A stretch of DNA of 64,000 bases, taken from contig JBAZKG010000003.1 of NCBI GenBank assembly GCA_041650955.1, positions 42,766 to 106,765 on the forward strand. Reading direction: 5' to 3'. How positions within the stretch are numbered: the stretch's first letter is position 1; each line of letters begins with the position of its first letter. The notes below the pieces were generated by a model. The model had not been told where the DNA came from, searched no databases, and worked only from the letters and a program-made list of their open reading frames with translations. Positions 60,305 through 64,000 of this stretch are shown piece by piece. This DNA is from Patescibacteria group bacterium. GTDB lineage: Bacteria; Patescibacteriota; Patescibacteriia; 2-12-FULL-60-25. The translations under genes and the position numbers were made by a program.

Positions 60305-60387
60305 CTAGGTGCTGGTAGCTAGTAGCTGGGGCATCGGATGGGCTTCCAGTATCTTCTTATCTTCCTAGCTACCAGCTACTAGCTACT
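60301..60387. repeat. PPE, family E
   Basis: GTAGCTAGGTGCTGGTAGCTAGTAGCTGGGG ... CCTAGCTACCAGCTACTAGCTACT. Its first TAG is the stop codon of the cyclase gene. Confidence 0.9.
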
Positions 60388-60391
60388 AATT

Positions 60392-60943
60392 ATGATCAAA
60401 CCTCGACTTCTCCTCCATGTCTGTTGCGGCGTCTGTTCCGCTTATATCCCGGAGCTTTTGGCTCCGGATTTTGACGTAACCATGTATTACGATAATCCGA
60501 ATATTTATCCGGCAGAGGAATTTCGAAAGCGAGCCGATGCGGCGAAAGAAATGGCAAAACGGTATGGCATGGCCTTTGTCGAAGTTCCGCAAAATGTTGA
60601 ATCATGGAATCTGGCAGTCGTAGGACATGCGACGGATCGGGAAAACGGCGAGCGATGCCGCTTATGCATGGTTCATCGCTTGGACAGCGCATTCGCATAC
60701 GCAAAAGAACATCAATTCGACGCCGTTGCGTGCACGCTCGGCGTCAGTCGTCGCAAGCATATCGACATGGTGAACGCGATCGGCAAACAATTGTCAGACG
60801 CGTACGGCATTCCATTCCTCGATCGCGATTGGAGAAAAAACGGCGGAGAAGATGAATCCCAGCGCCGCGCCCGCGAGTACGGCATCTACCGGCAGGAGTA
60901 TTGCGGGTGCATTTATTCGATGAAGAAGTCGGTTAGTCGATAA
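60392..60943 (+). CDS. queH: Epoxyqueuosine reductase QueH (DUF208)
   Basis: LLLHVCCGVCSAY, ERCRLCMVHRL and QEYCGC form the Cys pattern of QueH. 183 aa. The last 6 codons (KKSVSR) and the stop lie in a PPE. Confidence 0.88.
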   Translation: MIKPRLLLHVCCGVCSAYIPELLAPDFDVTMYYDNPNIYPAEEFRKRADAAKEMAKRYGMAFVEVPQNVESWNLAVVGHATDRENGERCRLCMVHRLDSAFAYAKEHQFDAVACTLGVSRRKHIDMVNAIGKQLSDAYGIPFLDRDWRKNGGEDESQRRAREYGIYRQEYCGCIYSMKKSVSR

Positions 60944-61006
60944 GTCGGTGAGTCGGTTAGTAAATGCAATTACTCACCGACTCACCGACTTATCGACTTC
61001 CCGACT
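60925..61006. repeat. PPE, family B
   Basis: GAAGTCGGTTAGTCGATAAGTCGGTGAGTCGGTTAGTAA / ATGCAA / TTACTCACCGACTCACCGACTTATCGACTTCCCGACT. Confidence 0.9.
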
Positions 61007-61029
61007 GTTCTTCCTGTATCATCCCTCCC

Positions 61030-61863
61030 ATGAAACGCATTGCCACGCCTCTCCTCATCGTGACCGTCCTCTTCATGGGCTGGGGTTGCGTTCGCGGCGG
61101 AGCGACCCAACCCGTCGTTTCTTCTCGCTCCTCGCTCCTCGCTCCTCGCTCCTCATCTACGACGACCGCCGAAGCCGCAATACCTTTCACGTGGTCATCC
61201 ATCGGCGATGGCGCGGAACGCGGAGAAAAGACGATTCCGAACGGCGAATATACGGCGCATCTTATTGCGTACCGTTTTGATCCGAAGAAGTATGATTTTC
61301 ATTTTGCGCAAACAGATCAGCCAAAACTTGTGAGCGCATGGATGCAGGAAAATTCAACAGCTTCGTTTATCATCAACGGCGTGTATTTTCAGGAGGATCA
61401 TTCTCCGGCTGGGATGTTGAGGATTGATAATACAAATGTCGGTTCACGGAGTTTTGATGCAAAAAAATCAGGGTTGATTATATTCGGTTCTGACGGGAAT
61501 CGGATTATGGATACGTCCGTCAACAACGTGAAAGATCCAAAAGCTTCAAACGAAGCGCAGAGCTATCCGTTCTTGATCAAGAATGGGTCTCCAGCGATAC
61601 AGGATGACAGCGGTCTTGTCGCGCGCCGTTCATTTATCGGAATAGATATAGACGGAAAAATTATTTTCGGCGCCTATGTCGGCGGAGAAATCAGTTTATC
61701 GTCTCTGTCTCAACTCCTCGCGACGCTTCCCGTCACATGGACGAACGCAATCAATCTGGACGGGGGAGCATCAACGGGATTTTCGGCAAATATCAGCGGT
61801 TATCAAGAACTTGAGGATTCGTACGTCGATATTCCGAATGTAATTGAAGTAGAGAAGCGCTAA
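61030..61863 (+). CDS. Phosphodiester glycosidase-family (DUF2233) lipoprotein
   Basis: ATG 61030. MKRIATPLLIVTVLFMGWGC lipobox-like signal, and NLDGGASTG near the C-terminus. It contains a family-L tract encoding SSRSSLLAPRSSS. Confidence 0.78.
   Translation: MKRIATPLLIVTVLFMGWGCVRGGATQPVVSSRSSLLAPRSSSTTTAEAAIPFTWSSIGDGAERGEKTIPNGEYTAHLIAYRFDPKKYDFHFAQTDQPKLVSAWMQENSTASFIINGVYFQEDHSPAGMLRIDNTNVGSRSFDAKKSGLIIFGSDGNRIMDTSVNNVKDPKASNEAQSYPFLIKNGSPAIQDDSGLVARRSFIGIDIDGKIIFGAYVGGEISLSSLSQLLATLPVTWTNAINLDGGASTGFSANISGYQELEDSYVDIPNVIEVEKR
61125..61154. repeat. Family L tract (CTCGCTC units) inside the DUF2233 gene
   Basis: CTCGCTCCTCGCTCCTCGCTCCTCGCTCCTC, one arm only, in the linker after the signal peptide. 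Confidence 0.85.
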
Positions 61864-61868
61864 GCGTG

Positions 61869-61958
61869 TTGGTCTACGAATGTACGAATAATACGAATCG
61901 GCGAATACTCACAAAGGAAGTATTCGCCGATTCGTATTATTCGTACATTCGTAGACCA
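61869..61958. repeat. PPE, family H, perfect 41-bp arms
   Basis: TTGGTCTACGAATGTACGAATAATACGAATCGGCGAATACT / CACAAAGGA / AGTATTCGCCGATTCGTATTATTCGTACATTCGTAGACCA. Confidence 0.93.
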
Positions 61959-62948
61959 CTATCTTCCCAACCCCACCTTTTCTCTCACTTCCTTCATCTT
62001 CGGCTCCGCGATCTGCTTCGCGGCCAAACGTCCTTCGTCGAGTATATGATTCAATTCCCCGCGGTCATTCATGTAGTTCGCGATTTTCGCACGGATCGGG
62101 GAGATCATGCCGATTACAGCTTCGGTCAAGTCTTTCTTAAAATCACCGTAGCCTTTTCCAAGATACTGTTTTTCCAAATCCTTCATCGTGATTCCGGTCG
62201 CATGATGATAAATCGTCATCAAGTTCGAAATTGCCGGGCGCTTTTCCGTATCATACGCAATCACTCCGTCCGAATCCGTGACCGCTTTTTTAATCTTCTT
62301 CGCAATTTCATCATCCGTATCCGTAAGCGCGAGATAATTGAGCGATGACTTTGCGCTCTTGCTCATCTTCACCGTCGGATCATCCAAGCCCATAATGCGT
62401 GCTCCGAATTCCTGCACGAGCGATTTCGGGACGACGAATGTTTCGCCGAACTGCGTATTAAACCGCCGCGCAATCGTCCGGGTCAGCTCCACATGCTGTA
62501 ATTGATCCTCGCCAACCGGCACATCCGTCGTGTCATAGAGCAGAATATCCGCCGCCATAAGCGCAGGGTAGGTGAAGAGTCCGACGCCGACGTTTTCTCC
62601 TTTTGATTTTGCCTTGTCTTTGAATTGCGTCATCCTTTCGAGCTCGGCAATTTTGACAACCGTAGACAAAATCCATGCGAGCTCCGAATGCTCCGGCACT
62701 TCGCTTTGAATAAAAATGCGCGATCGTTTTGGATCAAGTCCGCACGCAAGATAGGTCGCGGCGGCGCGGACATTGTTGTCTCTCAAGATTTTTGGATCTT
62801 GCGGAATCGTGATGGCATGCAAATCAACGATGCAGAAAAAACACGGATAACGATGCTGAATCTGTGCCCACTGCTTAAGCGCGCCGATATAATTTCCGAT
62901 ATGGACGGTATTCGTCGGCTGTATGCCGGAAAAGCAGAGTTCTTTCAT
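61959..62948 (-). CDS. trpS: Tryptophan--tRNA ligase
   Basis: FSGIQPTNTVHIGNYIGAL (HIGH-type), KMSKSAKS (KMSKS), 329 aa, typical TrpRS size. Confidence 0.96.
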   Translation of the reverse strand: MKELCFSGIQPTNTVHIGNYIGALKQWAQIQHRYPCFFCIVDLHAITIPQDPKILRDNNVRAAATYLACGLDPKRSRIFIQSEVPEHSELAWILSTVVKIAELERMTQFKDKAKSKGENVGVGLFTYPALMAADILLYDTTDVPVGEDQLQHVELTRTIARRFNTQFGETFVVPKSLVQEFGARIMGLDDPTVKMSKSAKSSLNYLALTDTDDEIAKKIKKAVTDSDGVIAYDTEKRPAISNLMTIYHHATGITMKDLEKQYLGKGYGDFKKDLTEAVIGMISPIRAKIANYMNDRGELNHILDEGRLAAKQIAEPKMKEVREKVGLGR

Positions 62949-63006
62949 ATAGGCGAAAGTGTACGGGTTTTGGATACAATTGGGAATAGGAGGCGTTTTC
63001 TTCGTA

Positions 63007-63035
63007 TTGACATATCAGCTAAAAATCGGTATATT
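63007..63035 (+). promoter_or_regulatory. Sigma70-type promoter
   Basis: TTGACA-17 nt-TATATT. Confidence 0.75.
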
Positions 63036-63088
63036 GCGCTGTGCACTTTTCTTGACTTGTCCTTTGCCATTCTAAAGAGAGGTTGTTC

Positions 63089-63685
63089 ATGCAAACAGAA
63101 AATCCATTGCCAGAAAACGTTTTGCCGCCTGCGAGTGCGAGGGTGATATCCAGCATTCCCCAGCCGCCGATCGTCAAAACCGTGATCGAAGCGGTCGTGG
63201 CTTTGCGACAGAAGATTGATGCGATTCACGGCGGCTTGCGATGCCTGACCGTGATCACGAATGGATCGTTCCCGGTCCACCAGGATGAGGATTCGATGCA
63301 TGTGTGGTTTGTCGAGGCTACGGGTGCAAAAAGAACTCTCGATGCTTATGGGTATATTGAACGCATGTTTCCATGGCTGTTCGGCCAAGATCAGCGTCCA
63401 GCCGGTGACTGCTATTTTTTCACCTATTGGCACGAACGCGACCGATTGCAACTCCGCGTTTGGGTCTCTACTCCAGCATATTTGATCAATATTCCCTGGC
63501 TCGAGGCGCTTGATACATGGATCGTGAATGGGGTTCGTAAGCTCGCAGAACAAAAGGAGATATTGGACGCCGATGCCTATCAGCAATTGGAGCGCATCAC
63601 GCAGTTGTTCGCAGAACAATGTCGCGAACTTCTTTCGCCAAGCAATCTCCTTGCGGCTTCCGATTCACCTACGCCAGCCGCCTAA
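63089..63685 (+). CDS. Hypothetical protein
   Basis: ATG 63089 preceded by AAAGAGAGGTTGTTC, with a promoter upstream and a terminator downstream. Preferred over the antisense ORF 62945-63619. Confidence 0.65.
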   Translation: MQTENPLPENVLPPASARVISSIPQPPIVKTVIEAVVALRQKIDAIHGGLRCLTVITNGSFPVHQDEDSMHVWFVEATGAKRTLDAYGYIERMFPWLFGQDQRPAGDCYFFTYWHERDRLQLRVWVSTPAYLINIPWLEALDTWIVNGVRKLAEQKEILDADAYQQLERITQLFAEQCRELLSPSNLLAASDSPTPAA

Positions 63686-63716
63686 CCTCGACTTTCAGAT
63701 TTCATCATACTCACGC

Positions 63717-63753
63717 GCCCCCGTTCGGTTCATCCGTTCGGGGGCTTCTGTTT
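63717..63753 (+). terminator. Intrinsic terminator
   Basis: GCCCCCG-TTCGGTTCATCCGTT-CGGGGGC followed by TTCTGTTT. Confidence 0.75.
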
Positions 63754-63754
63754 G

Positions 63755-63832
63755 GGCCACTAGGGAACGAAGCCATTAAGCCACTAGGGAAATGCAATTT
63801 CTTACTGGCCTAATCCCTTAATAGCATGGTGG
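63755..63832. repeat. PPE, family G (right arm degenerate)
   Basis: GGCCACTAGGGAACGAAGCCATTAAGCCACTAGGGA ... TCTTACTGGCCTAATCCCTTAATAGCATGGTGG. Confidence 0.75.
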
Positions 63833-63834
63833 AC

Positions 63835-63863
63835 TTGACAAAATTTCGGTTTTGTGATATGCT
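63835..63863 (+). promoter_or_regulatory. Sigma70-type promoter driving a structured leader that runs to the window edge
   Basis: TTGACA-17 nt-TATGCT. Confidence 0.7.
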
Positions 63864-64000
63864 GGAATCATCGTTTTTCATTGAGAAACGGTATCTCCAA
63901 AGACTGATCAGGTCCGCCGGTGCGGATGAAAAGCTTATAACCTGGCATAGGAGATCGAAACATAAACGTCCTCATCACATGAGGAGAAAGAAAGGGATAT

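Noticed and set aside
62945-63619. The 224-aa minus-strand ORF overlapping the 63089-63685 gene.
   Set aside because: A TTGACA-17-TATATT promoter, an SD and a downstream terminator all support the plus-strand gene. The minus-strand ORF has none of these and would run head-on into trpS.
376-63832. Possibility that the abundant repeats form a CRISPR array.
   Set aside because: There is no array of one constant direct repeat separated by unique spacers. The elements are isolated inverted repeats of many different sequences, and no cas genes are present in the window.

Overview
This 64-kb window looks like a small-genome bacterium of the CPR/Patescibacteria type. That guess is an inference from gene content, not from a database search. 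It holds about 59 protein genes. Most are housekeeping: HU, RNase Y, TruB, IF-2, TrxA/TrxB, S16-KH-TrmD, TsaD/TsaE, ArfB, FtsH, S1, MetRS, TrpRS, Def, QueH. The rest are cell-envelope or pilus genes: a partial PilT, PilB, two tandem pilin-LamG fusions, a FecR-like protein plus a CHASE2 adenylate cyclase, two GT4 glycosyltransferases, a polyprenyl-phosphate sugar transferase, an L,D-transpeptidase, a 1214-aa repeat adhesin and many small membrane proteins. RNA genes I can support are tRNA-Glu(UUC) and an RNase P RNA that the ORF track cannot show. Three further ORF-free units have a promoter and/or terminator and are candidate ncRNAs. Promoters follow a clean TTGACA-17 nt-TAnnnT grammar, often with very short or no leaders. 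The outstanding feature is repeat content. By eye I count about 52 hairpin-capable inverted repeats whose arms are tandem 7-8-nt units. I call them periodic palindromic elements (PPEs). They fall into at least 12 unit families that share one architecture. They sit at nearly every gene boundary, and several are inserted in frame inside conserved genes (tsaD, trmD, truB, a GT4 transferase). Some donate stop codons and C-terminal residues. Copies differ by compensatory paired substitutions. There is also a RAYT transposase embedded in its own GTAGGGGCG-type REP elements (a REPtron) and a 3-copy ~200-bp MITE with 40-bp nested-palindrome termini. All coordinates and counts come from manual reading of the sequence, so ends may be off by a few nucleotides.
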